DNA of 64,000 nucleotides from a virus: IMG/VR virus record IMGVR_UViG_3300031418_000005, positions 160,001 to 224,000 of that record; one strand, 5' to 3'. Shown piece by piece: positions 49,136 to 57,556 of this stretch (position 1 is its first letter; each line of letters starts with the position of its first letter). The notes under the pieces were generated by a model. It saw only the letters and a program-made list of their open reading frames with translations, ran no database searches and was not told where the DNA came from. The position numbers and the translations under genes were made by a program.

Positions 49136-49534
49136 ATGGCTATCAACCTTAAAGATATTCAGAATCGTCTGAATGTTATCGACGCCAACGCGTTAAAGAC
49201 CGCAGCGGGCGTGCAAAGTTACATCCGTAACAAAGCCACAAACAACTCCAACTTATTTGGCGGTCAACCGCGGGCGCACTATGACTGCGGCGGTACGTGT
49301 AGTTGGACGTGTTCATCCTGTTCAGGCGGGTGTTCGGGTTCCGCATCGGGAACGTGTGGGGCAAGCTGTTCTGCCAGCTGTACGTCTGGCTGTTCTTCAA
49401 CATGTACAGGGTGTTCTGGTGCATGTTCAGGTGGCTGTGCAAATGGTTGCTCCGGTACCTGCTCAACAGGCTGTTCGTCTTCCTGTTCTTCCAGCTGCTC
49501 CGGTTGTTCTGGTTGTTCCGGACCAATGCGTTAA
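49136..49534 (+). CDS. Cys-X-X-X repeat precursor peptide 2
   Basis: ATG at 49136 after AGGAG; 50-aa leader plus 82-aa core with 20 Cys. Confidence 0.8.
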   Translation: MAINLKDIQNRLNVIDANALKTAAGVQSYIRNKATNNSNLFGGQPRAHYDCGGTCSWTCSSCSGGCSGSASGTCGASCSASCTSGCSSTCTGCSGACSGGCANGCSGTCSTGCSSSCSSSCSGCSGCSGPMR

Positions 49535-49577
49535 GACCCGATGCCCCATTTAACTTTTTACGAATTGGGGGGTTAGT

Positions 49578-49784
49578 GTGATTTCACTAAAAAACATTCG
49601 TGACCGAATGGTGCAAGTTGAGGGCTACATCAAAACCTCCGATGCGAATAACTTTATCGCAACGCAGGGGATTGTTAGTAGCACCAATAACCTTGCAGGA
49701 CTGCCACTGTCGCACTACAACTGTGGTGGGTCATGCAGCTGGACGTGTAGCGGTGGCTGTAGTCACGGAGCGGGGAACCGATAA
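49578..49784 (+). CDS. short Cys-X-X-X precursor peptide 3
   Basis: Same leader (ISLKNIRDR) and CGGSCSWTCS start of core; 4 Cys. Confidence 0.75.
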   Translation: MISLKNIRDRMVQVEGYIKTSDANNFIATQGIVSSTNNLAGLPLSHYNCGGSCSWTCSGGCSHGAGNR

Positions 49785-49797
49785 GGGGACTATTTAA

Positions 49798-50685
49798 ATG
49801 AAGAACGATCTACACCTTGCGTTTAAAACAACGCAAAACTTCCCACTGCAAATCAGCATCTACGACAGCGTGAAATACCACCTGCTCGACGAAGTGCGCC
49901 TGATTAGCCAGTTACCGGGGGAGTGGCCGAAGGTGCGTGGTCGTGAGATTGCTAATCCGAAAAGTTACACGGTAGAAGCAACTTACGAACTGGCGGGCCA
50001 TACGGTGCAACACATCCACATCACTGCCGGTGAGCAGGACGTGTGGGGTCGTCTGGTCGACGGGAAGTATTTCCTGAGCGACGCTGTACTGAACCAGGTG
50101 GTTGACCTGGAAATGTTCCTGATTCCGTTTGCTGAAAGCGACCTGAAACCGATGGCGCGTCGTGAATGGAGCTGGGACTATATGGGTTCTATGCCGGGCT
50201 GGTATACGCAGGTGACAAAAGACACCGAGCATTACACCGGTGTTGAAGAGTATTACCCAATTGTTGGCTTTGAAAAGCACGGGATTACCAACATGTTGGA
50301 CTTGCTGGCCTACAGCTACAAGTTCATCTGGAACCCGGAAGCAAAACAATTCGAAGCCATTTTCGACGAACATGAAATCACCAAGCGTATCCGCAAGCCA
50401 TGGATGCAGTACCTGGTGCAGGCCAAGTTCGGCGAATCACCTTCTACCGAAGCAGACCTGAACAAACTGGTAGCGTTCCTGCTGACTAAAGTAGACCTGA
50501 CAGACGAAGAAAAAACTGTCGTGTCTGCCTTCCGTGCTCGCACAGTCACATTAGATGACTTACAGCGCGTGAATGCTCGTCAGGCAATTCTGAACCAGAT
50601 CCTCGATGCCTACAACTCGCCGTTTGTGTTAAAGACGGGTGTGGACATCAAAGATGACCCGCTGTTCAAGCTGACGTTCGAATAA
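49798..50685 (+). CDS. hypothetical protein of the radical SAM cluster
   Basis: 295 aa between precursors and the first rSAM gene. Confidence 0.7.
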   Translation: MKNDLHLAFKTTQNFPLQISIYDSVKYHLLDEVRLISQLPGEWPKVRGREIANPKSYTVEATYELAGHTVQHIHITAGEQDVWGRLVDGKYFLSDAVLNQVVDLEMFLIPFAESDLKPMARREWSWDYMGSMPGWYTQVTKDTEHYTGVEEYYPIVGFEKHGITNMLDLLAYSYKFIWNPEAKQFEAIFDEHEITKRIRKPWMQYLVQAKFGESPSTEADLNKLVAFLLTKVDLTDEEKTVVSAFRARTVTLDDLQRVNARQAILNQILDAYNSPFVLKTGVDIKDDPLFKLTFE

Positions 50686-50701
50686 CTGGAGTAAACCTGC
50701 A

Positions 50702-51607
50702 ATGAGTGAAGAAGCTGTGTCGGCTATTCGTCGCGACCCTTCGTCAACTCCAATGGAGCTGTCGATAGTCACCACCTCGAAGTGCAATTTAGATTGTAGT
50801 TTCTGTGGCGGTGTTGGGTATATGGACGTCAAAGACAGTGCGCGCGACGTCCAAAGAGAGAAGCTGTTTGAAACGCTGGAAGCCCATCCGACTATTCAGC
50901 AGATTAACTGGACTGGGGGTGAGCCGTTACTGGCCATCAACAAAATCCAGGATTTCATGGCTGAACTGAAAGAGCGCTACCCGCACTTACAGCATGAAAT
51001 GTACACCAACGGTCTGCGACTGACCCCGGCCCAGTTGCCGGTGCTTAAGCAAATGGATCGCATTTTCGTCTCGTTTGACGGCTATGCGGAATCCGAGCGT
51101 CCGTTACTGCGTATCGCTGAGGAGCGTCGCTACGATGCTTTCGAAGTGTTTGACGCACTGGACAACATCACGTTGTGGTCGGTGATTACGCGTGCCCAAC
51201 TGGCACCGAAACACTGGTTCCTCGACCTGCTGAAACTCCACGAAGCGTTGTACCATTACAAGTTCAACGGCTACCGCGTGATGTTTGATAACTTCATGCC
51301 TAAGCCGCTGAACCAGGATCTCGTCATGAACTTCATGTACGGGTACAACAAAATGCACGACCAGTTGACTGAGCTGAACAACCTTAACGGGTTCCATCAG
51401 ACGCTGAGCATCAATAAGTTCTTCAGCCAACATTGTGATGACTGTAGCAATCTGGTGTGGGTAAAATCCGACGCCACGTTTGACCAGTCTGACAATGCGC
51501 TCGATGTGCTTAGCTCAGGGTGTAATCGTCTGGCCGAAGTTATCGGGTACGACGCTTACCAGTATATCAATCGTGTAGTGCAAGCGGGGTTAAATCGCAA
51601 TGCGTGA
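50702..51607 (+). CDS. radical SAM protein
   Basis: CNLDCSFC (CxxxCxxC), TGGEP, YTNG, VSFDG; C-terminal CDDC...C. Confidence 0.9.
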   Translation: MSEEAVSAIRRDPSSTPMELSIVTTSKCNLDCSFCGGVGYMDVKDSARDVQREKLFETLEAHPTIQQINWTGGEPLLAINKIQDFMAELKERYPHLQHEMYTNGLRLTPAQLPVLKQMDRIFVSFDGYAESERPLLRIAEERRYDAFEVFDALDNITLWSVITRAQLAPKHWFLDLLKLHEALYHYKFNGYRVMFDNFMPKPLNQDLVMNFMYGYNKMHDQLTELNNLNGFHQTLSINKFFSQHCDDCSNLVWVKSDATFDQSDNALDVLSSGCNRLAEVIGYDAYQYINRVVQAGLNRNA

Positions 51608-52940
51608 TACTAAAGCACCGGCTCAAGAGCCTAAAATCACCAAAACCTACCAGGTGGTGACCAACCTCTCCTGTAACCTCGACTGTGAATATTGCTACGA
51701 GCGTAAATATCCGCGTAACAATAAAGTCGATGACGCAGTAGACTTCATTCATGCGTGTTTCGACCGCGATCGTCACTTGACCAACGTCGAAGTTATCATT
51801 GACATTATCGGTGGTGAGCCGATGATGCAGCCGAAGATTCTGAAAGCGGTGTTTGAAACGGCTGAAGAACTGGCGAAGCGTGATAACCGCGATGTCATCT
51901 TCTCTATCTCGACTAACGGGACATTGTTCGATAAGCCACTGAACCGTGAGATTATCGAGCGCTGGCGTGACAAGCTGTCCATCGGTGTGTCTATCGATGG
52001 CCTGCCAGAAGTTCACGACCGTTACCGTATCTTCACCACCACGCGTGAAGGGTCGTACGAAAAAGCCATGCGCGGGTATAACTACCTGAAATCGGTCGGT
52101 ATCCTGGAGCTGGGTATCAAGGCAACCTTTACCTCTGAAACCCTGCCGAAGTACGCTGAGTCCATGAAGCACCTGATGGATGTCACCGGCGGTGGTACCA
52201 TCTCGGGTAACGTGACGTACGAAGACATTCTGCCACGTACCATGGCGATGTCAATTGCACTCCAGATGATGGACGTGATTGACTACTGGTTTGAGAAAGG
52301 TTTCGAGAAAGACCCACGTAACCGTCTGACTCACATCTTCCCGGACGGCCTGGACTTTATGGCCACTTGGGACCCGGACTGGCGTCAAAAGCTCCTGGAC
52401 GACGAAGCAACACGTCTGAACCCGGAGCGCGTCCGTCCGTTCTGCGGCACCGTAACCCACATGACCTGCCTGGGCTTCGACCGCAAGATTTACGGCTGTA
52501 ACCGCTTTATGTCCACGGTCACCACCCGTCAGGCCATCGCTGAACTGCGCGGGCGTGAAATCGTGAACATCGACAACAATAAGTTGTTGAACGAAATCCA
52601 AACACAGTACACCAACTACCCAGAAACCTGCCTGGGTTGTCCGATGAAGCACGCGTGTGGTAGTTGTGCCGCGGCATCATACGAGAACGGTGACGGGGAG
52701 ATGGAAGACCGCAAAGCCTATCACGCTGAACGTCGCCAGTGTGGTTGGACAACCGCGAAACTGCTGGTTGCGGAATACTTCTACCAGAAAACCGGTACCA
52801 CCCGTTATACCGATCTGAACGACAGGTCACAATGCTACTGCGTGTCCTGTGTACGTGCCCGTAAAGAGGCAGCCGAGAAAACCCAATTAGGAGCACCAGC
52901 GAATGAAGTCGTTGCTGATTCACAATTTTACGAAGCGTAA
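51600..52940 (+). CDS. radical SAM/SPASM peptide maturase
   Basis: CNLDCEYC, IGGEP, STNG, SIDG...HD.YR; SPASM Cys set CG..C..YGC..CLGC....CGSC....C. Confidence 0.9.
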   Translation: MRDTKAPAQEPKITKTYQVVTNLSCNLDCEYCYERKYPRNNKVDDAVDFIHACFDRDRHLTNVEVIIDIIGGEPMMQPKILKAVFETAEELAKRDNRDVIFSISTNGTLFDKPLNREIIERWRDKLSIGVSIDGLPEVHDRYRIFTTTREGSYEKAMRGYNYLKSVGILELGIKATFTSETLPKYAESMKHLMDVTGGGTISGNVTYEDILPRTMAMSIALQMMDVIDYWFEKGFEKDPRNRLTHIFPDGLDFMATWDPDWRQKLLDDEATRLNPERVRPFCGTVTHMTCLGFDRKIYGCNRFMSTVTTRQAIAELRGREIVNIDNNKLLNEIQTQYTNYPETCLGCPMKHACGSCAAASYENGDGEMEDRKAYHAERRQCGWTTAKLLVAEYFYQKTGTTRYTDLNDRSQCYCVSCVRARKEAAEKTQLGAPANEVVADSQFYEA

Positions 52941-53493
52941 TCTTCACCTTGTTGCCGCGTTTATGCAAAAGCACGGCATGTACAACATCCACGCTATTGT
53001 GGAGCCGGACGCGTTCACTGATGAAGTGCGTCGTCTGTGCGTACGCTTCGGGCTGAACGTCATTCTGCCGCTGGACGGGGTTGAGAAAACCCACAATTCC
53101 ATTGAGCAAGTGGAGAAGCGTAATCCGGGCTTCGAACAGCGTGTTGCGGAATTCCCGCGCCACAAAATCGAAATCCTGCGTCGTTCTACGCAGAACCTGG
53201 ATGTGGATAACCTGATTGGTCTGGCGTTAAACTGGGCTGACCCGGAGAATCCAGACGCCGCTGACCTCGTTGGGATTCGTGTGCGTGCCCTACGCTCCAA
53301 TCATCAGTTCGATTCGTTTGGTGAAGAAATGCACCAGACCTTTGTCTTCCAGGAACAGAACGGGGACTTGGCAGAGAAGATGAAGTTCATCTGGGGGGAG
53401 GAGCTGTCTGAGCACTTCCAACTGGTTGACTTCGGTCTGCTGATGGACCTCGGGTTAGCAGGAGAATCTGAATGCTTAGTAATGACGAGATAA
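52903..53493 (+). CDS. hypothetical protein of the radical SAM cluster
   Basis: 196 aa, AGGAG RBS, overlaps both neighbours. Confidence 0.65.
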   Translation: MKSLLIHNFTKRNLHLVAAFMQKHGMYNIHAIVEPDAFTDEVRRLCVRFGLNVILPLDGVEKTHNSIEQVEKRNPGFEQRVAEFPRHKIEILRRSTQNLDVDNLIGLALNWADPENPDAADLVGIRVRALRSNHQFDSFGEEMHQTFVFQEQNGDLAEKMKFIWGEELSEHFQLVDFGLLMDLGLAGESECLVMTR

Positions 53494-54128
53494 AAGCCCG
53501 TTACTTCGAATTCGGTACCCCCATTGACCGGCATGGTAACTATGTTAACATTCTGGCGAAAGACGATGAGACCAAGCAGGGGTATTGTACTCTGCTTCAC
53601 TATCATCTGTTAAACGGGGTGTCCGATAAAGCAGCCTTGAAAAAGCTGCGTGACTACGACCTCAGTGAACCGGAAGCCCAGTTCACGTTGCGTAAGGCCA
53701 AAGAGTTTATTGAGAAGGTGCTGGAGCTGCCGCTGGATGAAATCCGCAAAGGCTTGACCTCGACGGTAAACTATCTCTATCAAGAGATTCAGCCTATCTA
53801 TACGCGACTGGCTGAGAAGTACGAAGAGGAACGTCACTCCAACCTGATGTTCCAGGGTGTGGTGTTGCAGGCCGATGAGAAATCACGCTCGGCATTAGCC
53901 AAATACATCCAGGCAGACATTGCCCCGGAGTATTGGGTGGATGCACAGAACAACCATCTCGATAACTTCGATTTGGCAGCGTGTAAAGCGGTACTGGCGG
54001 CGATTGTTGAGCGTGACGCCCAGCTGTTTGCGTCGATGACTGAACTTAAGCGCAAAATCCGCACGTTGGCCGAGGCACAGGACTTTACCGGTATTAAATC
54101 GGTAGCGACTGAGAACGGCTTGCTGTAA
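53472..54128 (+). CDS. DUF4376-like (tail-fibre-associated) protein
   Basis: C-terminal G...QAD..S.....W.DA.N......L...I.......F.....LK..I pattern. Confidence 0.6.
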   Translation: MLSNDEIKARYFEFGTPIDRHGNYVNILAKDDETKQGYCTLLHYHLLNGVSDKAALKKLRDYDLSEPEAQFTLRKAKEFIEKVLELPLDEIRKGLTSTVNYLYQEIQPIYTRLAEKYEEERHSNLMFQGVVLQADEKSRSALAKYIQADIAPEYWVDAQNNHLDNFDLAACKAVLAAIVERDAQLFASMTELKRKIRTLAEAQDFTGIKSVATENGLL

Positions 54129-54144
54129 GCGGTAAAATAAAACT

Positions 54145-54173
54145 GACCTACTACCGTTATCGGGTAGTAGGTC
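54145..54173. terminator. bidirectional intrinsic terminator closing the rSAM cluster
   Basis: GACCTACTACC/GGTAGTAGGTC with T-tract. Confidence 0.8.
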
Positions 54174-54182
54174 TTTTTCTTT

Positions 54183-54689
54183 TTAACTGAATCCACCTAA
54201 CTCGGCGTTACGCCACTGCAAGTTAATCTTCCCTTCGTTAACGACACGGGTAACAAACACCCCGTGCCATTTCAGATGGTTAGGGTTAATCGTGATGCGG
54301 ATATCGGTATTCTTATCGTCCACGACCACGCGCGTCACAGTGATTTCGCTGCTACTGAGTTTGTAGTTCGGTAACATCAAGTTGATCACCGATAACGCCT
54401 GTGCATCGTCCTCCCACAAGCTTGGTAAGTCTGATGTCGTCAACGTTGGGGTGTCTGCCCCATTCGGATGGGTGAAGTTAAACCGAAAATAATGGTATGC
54501 TTTGCTACCTGTAAACCGTTCACTGTCCGCCTTGGCCGTCAGGGTCAAAGACGTGTTGCGGGTGTCCCCAGAATCCGTGGGGGTGTATTCGGAAGGCGCA
54601 CCGAAAGTGACGTCCGCGAGCGACAACCCAAGGTCTGGGTTTACTTCGTTGATCATATCGACAAACAGTTCTTCTAACGTCTTAGCCAT
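54183..54689 (-). CDS. putative virion structural protein
   Basis: Paralog of 54758-55294 (DVTFGA...YTP.D.GDTRN..LTLTA...S..FTG.K...Y.R). Confidence 0.65.
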   Translation of the reverse strand: MAKTLEELFVDMINEVNPDLGLSLADVTFGAPSEYTPTDSGDTRNTSLTLTAKADSERFTGSKAYHYFRFNFTHPNGADTPTLTTSDLPSLWEDDAQALSVINLMLPNYKLSSSEITVTRVVVDDKNTDIRITINPNHLKWHGVFVTRVVNEGKINLQWRNAELGGFS

Positions 54690-54757
54690 ACTTCACTCCA
54701 TGAGGTAAACAAAATAAAAAGCGGGAAGACCCTAAGGCCCTCCCGAGTTTTAAACCA

Positions 54758-55294
54758 TTAAGAAGCGGAGAAACCGTTGAGCTCACCGTCAGTAGTGCTG
54801 AGGTCAGTTTTAGTGATTTCTTGCGTAATGGTGTAGGTCGCCAGGGTTCCGGCGAGGAACTTGATGTGACCATCTTTGATGTCGACTTTGATAATTTTCT
54901 TACCAGCGTCGGCATCCGCGCCATCGGTACGGGTGATGGTCAGCTCGGACAGTGCGAACTGGTCAACCGTATTTCCGGCAGCCGCAACGTCAGCGTTCAG
55001 GAACGCCAACACTTCTGCATCTGTATCCCAGTCAGCCTGGTCATCGGTGACCGCTTTCGCGCCAACGATGCTTGCAGCCAGACGGGTATAGTGCAGTTCT
55101 TTCTCACCGGTGAAGTGGGTGCTTTCCGCAACCGCTGTCAGGGTGAGTTTAGAGTTACGCGTGTCGCCGCCGTCAGCCGGAGTATAAGCTGCAACAGCAC
55201 CAAACGTAACGTCTGCTTCGGCCAGTGCCTGAGGCAGGGAGGCGTTAGCAGTGTTAAACAGTGCAATCAATTGAGCCTTAGCAGATGTAGCCAT
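54758..55294 (-). CDS. putative virion structural protein
   Basis: 178 aa; shares N-domain and C-terminal GEL.GF motif with neighbours. Confidence 0.65.
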   Translation of the reverse strand: MATSAKAQLIALFNTANASLPQALAEADVTFGAVAAYTPADGGDTRNSKLTLTAVAESTHFTGEKELHYTRLAASIVGAKAVTDDQADWDTDAEVLAFLNADVAAAGNTVDQFALSELTITRTDGADADAGKKIIKVDIKDGHIKFLAGTLATYTITQEITKTDLSTTDGELNGFSAS

Positions 55295-55431
55295 GGGTCT
55301 ATTTCCTTTTTAAACGCATTTGGGGTGCATAAGAACACAAATAAAAATCACGCTATTATTAGGTTTATATGACAATCCATCGTATTGTCGGGAAATAAAA
55401 ATCAACCTTTTCACCTAACAGGAATCCCATC

Positions 55432-55947
55432 ATGACCAAGCACCTTATGTGCGTGCTCGCATTTATCGTCATGCTTTCAGGTTGTGCAATGAAAGCCAAC
55501 GATAACGGCCAGTTCTCTACTGTGCCGGTAACCAACCACGACATGGTCATCTACACCTGTACAGGCGTGGAAACCCAATTTGTTGATTACCGTCCTGTTG
55601 TTACGTCTATTGCTGTGATGCCTCGTGCGGTTACGGTTATGGATGTCGGCGCTAACTGGGTGGCAACCTGGGAAGGCGGTAAATTAGAAGCACCCCAGCT
55701 GTATAAAGATTTGCTTGGCAAGATTGATGGCAACATCGATACGGTGTCAGGAAAACGCTTCTATCGAACAAACGGGCTACTGACAGGTTCGCCGTCGTTT
55801 GATTATTCTACGGTCAATCCGTTGACAGGAAATGGAAGTGGTATGACATTCTTCCGCTGCACAGTAGGGCCAGTTGATACCCCTACAGTGCCGGTACTTA
55901 TCACACCGTCTCCAAGCGAAACGACAGACAAAGTCGACGCGAAATAA
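55432..55947 (+). CDS. lipoprotein
   Basis: Signal ending LSG-C (lipobox). Confidence 0.7.
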   Translation: MTKHLMCVLAFIVMLSGCAMKANDNGQFSTVPVTNHDMVIYTCTGVETQFVDYRPVVTSIAVMPRAVTVMDVGANWVATWEGGKLEAPQLYKDLLGKIDGNIDTVSGKRFYRTNGLLTGSPSFDYSTVNPLTGNGSGMTFFRCTVGPVDTPTVPVLITPSPSETTDKVDAK

Positions 55948-55951
55948 AAGA

Positions 55952-55983
55952 AACTACCCACTTCCGCAAAGGAGTGGGTAGTT
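55952..55983. terminator. bidirectional intrinsic terminator
   Basis: AACTACCCACT/AGTGGGTAGTT stem. Confidence 0.7.
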
Positions 55984-56064
55984 CTTTCTTTATTTGCCCT
56001 CTGTAAGCTCCTAGAACGCGTTCTAAGCGCTTTTAATCCGTAAGATGATAAATGACCTTACAAA

Positions 56065-56706
56065 CTATTCGAGGGTCAGGAAGGCCCGTTTAATGTTTAA
56101 ATACTTAACATTAACCGATTGGCCGTTGGTGATATCCACACGTTCATGGTCAGGAATGGCGACTTCTACCTGGTCACGAATAAACAGGTAGTTGCGGTTG
56201 TAGCTAAGCGTTTTCTCCACACCGTGCTTATACACCACACGGCTGTTATCATCCGTGTAAGATGGCCAGCCAAATTGGCGTACCGCCTCGTAGAATGACA
56301 ACCGGATAAAACGTTCAACATTCAACGCTTCCATAATCCGCAGGAACATTAAATCCGCGAAGTCTTTGTTGACCACGCGGGAAATGTCCCCAGCATCACC
56401 CAGTGGATACACTCCAGGGCTGCTGCATTTCTGATAGAACAAATCATGGACGCAAGCCGCAGCGGCCCATGGCCCATCCGGATGCAGGATAGGTTGGAGC
56501 GCTTCCGGGATGCTGGCCATGTCAGTCACAAATCCTTTCGGTGCAGTCACGTACAGTTCTTTGTCTGGATGTACCCCAGACAACCGTACCATTTCATCCA
56601 GTCCGCTCACGTCACGATAAAGCGATCGCAGTGTAAACGCGAAATGGAAATCATCCGTGAGAACGAACCACGGTTTATCCAACACTTTATAATTTAACTT
56701 TTCCAT
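56065..56706 (-). CDS. DUF1353 family protein
   Basis: PKGFVTDMASIP, AACVHDLFY, AD..F...M, Y.AVR.FG. Confidence 0.8.
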   Translation of the reverse strand: MEKLNYKVLDKPWFVLTDDFHFAFTLRSLYRDVSGLDEMVRLSGVHPDKELYVTAPKGFVTDMASIPEALQPILHPDGPWAAAACVHDLFYQKCSSPGVYPLGDAGDISRVVNKDFADLMFLRIMEALNVERFIRLSFYEAVRQFGWPSYTDDNSRVVYKHGVEKTLSYNRNYLFIRDQVEVAIPDHERVDITNGQSVNVKYLNIKRAFLTLE

Positions 56707-56713
56707 ACACTGC

Positions 56714-56797
56714 CTACTGCACCACCCTGCGAAAGAGAATAGCGCGCAACAATTTCAGGAAGCCTGAGTCAGGCTTTTCCACCTTCGGGTTTTTCAT
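56714..56797 (-). CDS. 27-aa cationic amphipathic peptide (not in ORF track)
   Basis: MKNPKVEKPDSGFLKLLRAILFRRVVQ, GGAG RBS. Confidence 0.45.
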   Translation of the reverse strand: MKNPKVEKPDSGFLKLLRAILFRRVVQ

Positions 56798-56873
56798 GAC
56801 GTTTTCTCCGCAACGCAAATAACAGAGCACGTCCAACTGCACGCATCAGCGTGACGAACCAGTTGGTTTTCAT
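56769..56873 (-). CDS. 34-aa cationic amphipathic peptide (not in ORF track)
   Basis: MKTNWFVTLMRAVGRALLFALRRKRHEKPEGGKA; ATGA overlap with the endolysin stop. Confidence 0.5.
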   Translation of the reverse strand: MKTNWFVTLMRAVGRALLFALRRKRHEKPEGGKA

Positions 56874-57469
56874 TTTGAGCACATCCCGAGCTCTGCCACA
56901 TAGTCCGGCATTTCGCGGTACACGCGGTCATACCAGCCGTACGTGAACTCTTCGTTCTGCACGCGCTTCTCGCTGATTTCCGTGTAGTAGGAAACCTGGT
57001 GACAGGTCAGGGCGAACATCAGACGGTTCAGGCCGTCGGCACCACGCGCTTTGATAAAGCCCGCCAGTGCGGTCAGGGTCAGCTGCCCAATCCCGCCATC
57101 GGCATCGATATCTGAGTAGAGTTTCCCCTGACGGTTCAGTACGTTCAGGATACGCTGCAGCGATTTGATGGCGTTAGCACGACCGGCGTTGATACCGAAG
57201 TCGAACAGACGGTCTGCCAGCATCACGTTCATGGCCAGAATCTGGTCAAGACGCATACGCTGCCACCATCCACGGTCATAGATGTCCAGCGCTTGCTCGA
57301 CAGTCAGGTCACGCATGTTGCCTTTGTACCCGAACTCGCGTGCAGTCGCGATGGTAATCCCGTGATTGGTTTCACCACCCAGGTCGTTAGGGTTGTTCAC
57401 GTAGCCTGCTTCAATCGCAGTCTTCGCACGGATAATACCTTCTTTACTAAAACGAGCAACAGCAGCCAC
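56870..57469 (-). CDS. glycoside hydrolase family 108 endolysin
   Basis: EAGYVNNPNDLGGETNHGIT, FDFGINAG, DG.IG..T, F..GW..RV. Confidence 0.9.
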   Translation of the reverse strand: MAAVARFSKEGIIRAKTAIEAGYVNNPNDLGGETNHGITIATAREFGYKGNMRDLTVEQALDIYDRGWWQRMRLDQILAMNVMLADRLFDFGINAGRANAIKSLQRILNVLNRQGKLYSDIDADGGIGQLTLTALAGFIKARGADGLNRLMFALTCHQVSYYTEISEKRVQNEEFTYGWYDRVYREMPDYVAELGMCSK

Positions 57470-57526
57470 AATGGCCTCCTTATAACTAACAACAATGGTT
57501 CATACCATGTCTGTAAAAAAAGAATA

Positions 57527-57550
57527 CCCTCCCACCCGAAGGCGAGAGGG
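57527..57550 (-). terminator. intrinsic terminator
   Basis: CCCTC..CCGAAGG..GAGGG with U-tract on the minus strand. Confidence 0.6.
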
Positions 57551-57556
57551 CACGAC

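Noticed and set aside
48888-49520. Repeat DNA as a CRISPR array or microsatellite
   Set aside because: No constant repeat-spacer structure; periodicity is at codon level with synonymous variation.
48821-49526. Antisense and alternate-frame ORFs over the Cys repeats (EQPEQP.., VRVAQV..)
   Set aside because: Shadows of the low-complexity precursor genes; they lack the shared leader and good RBS.
50702-52940. rSAMs as QueE/7-deazaguanine enzymes or anaerobic RNR activase
   Set aside because: No queC, queD, folE or nrdD neighbours; the SPASM domain and adjacent precursors fit peptide maturation better.
56012-56025. 14-bp palindrome TAGAACGCGTTCTA
   Set aside because: I saw only this copy, between convergent gene ends; no supporting context.
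3009-57550. Recurrent CC-CGAA-GG hairpins as a mobile repeat family
   Set aside because: Stems differ in sequence and sit at gene ends with U-tracts; explained as UUCG-loop terminators.
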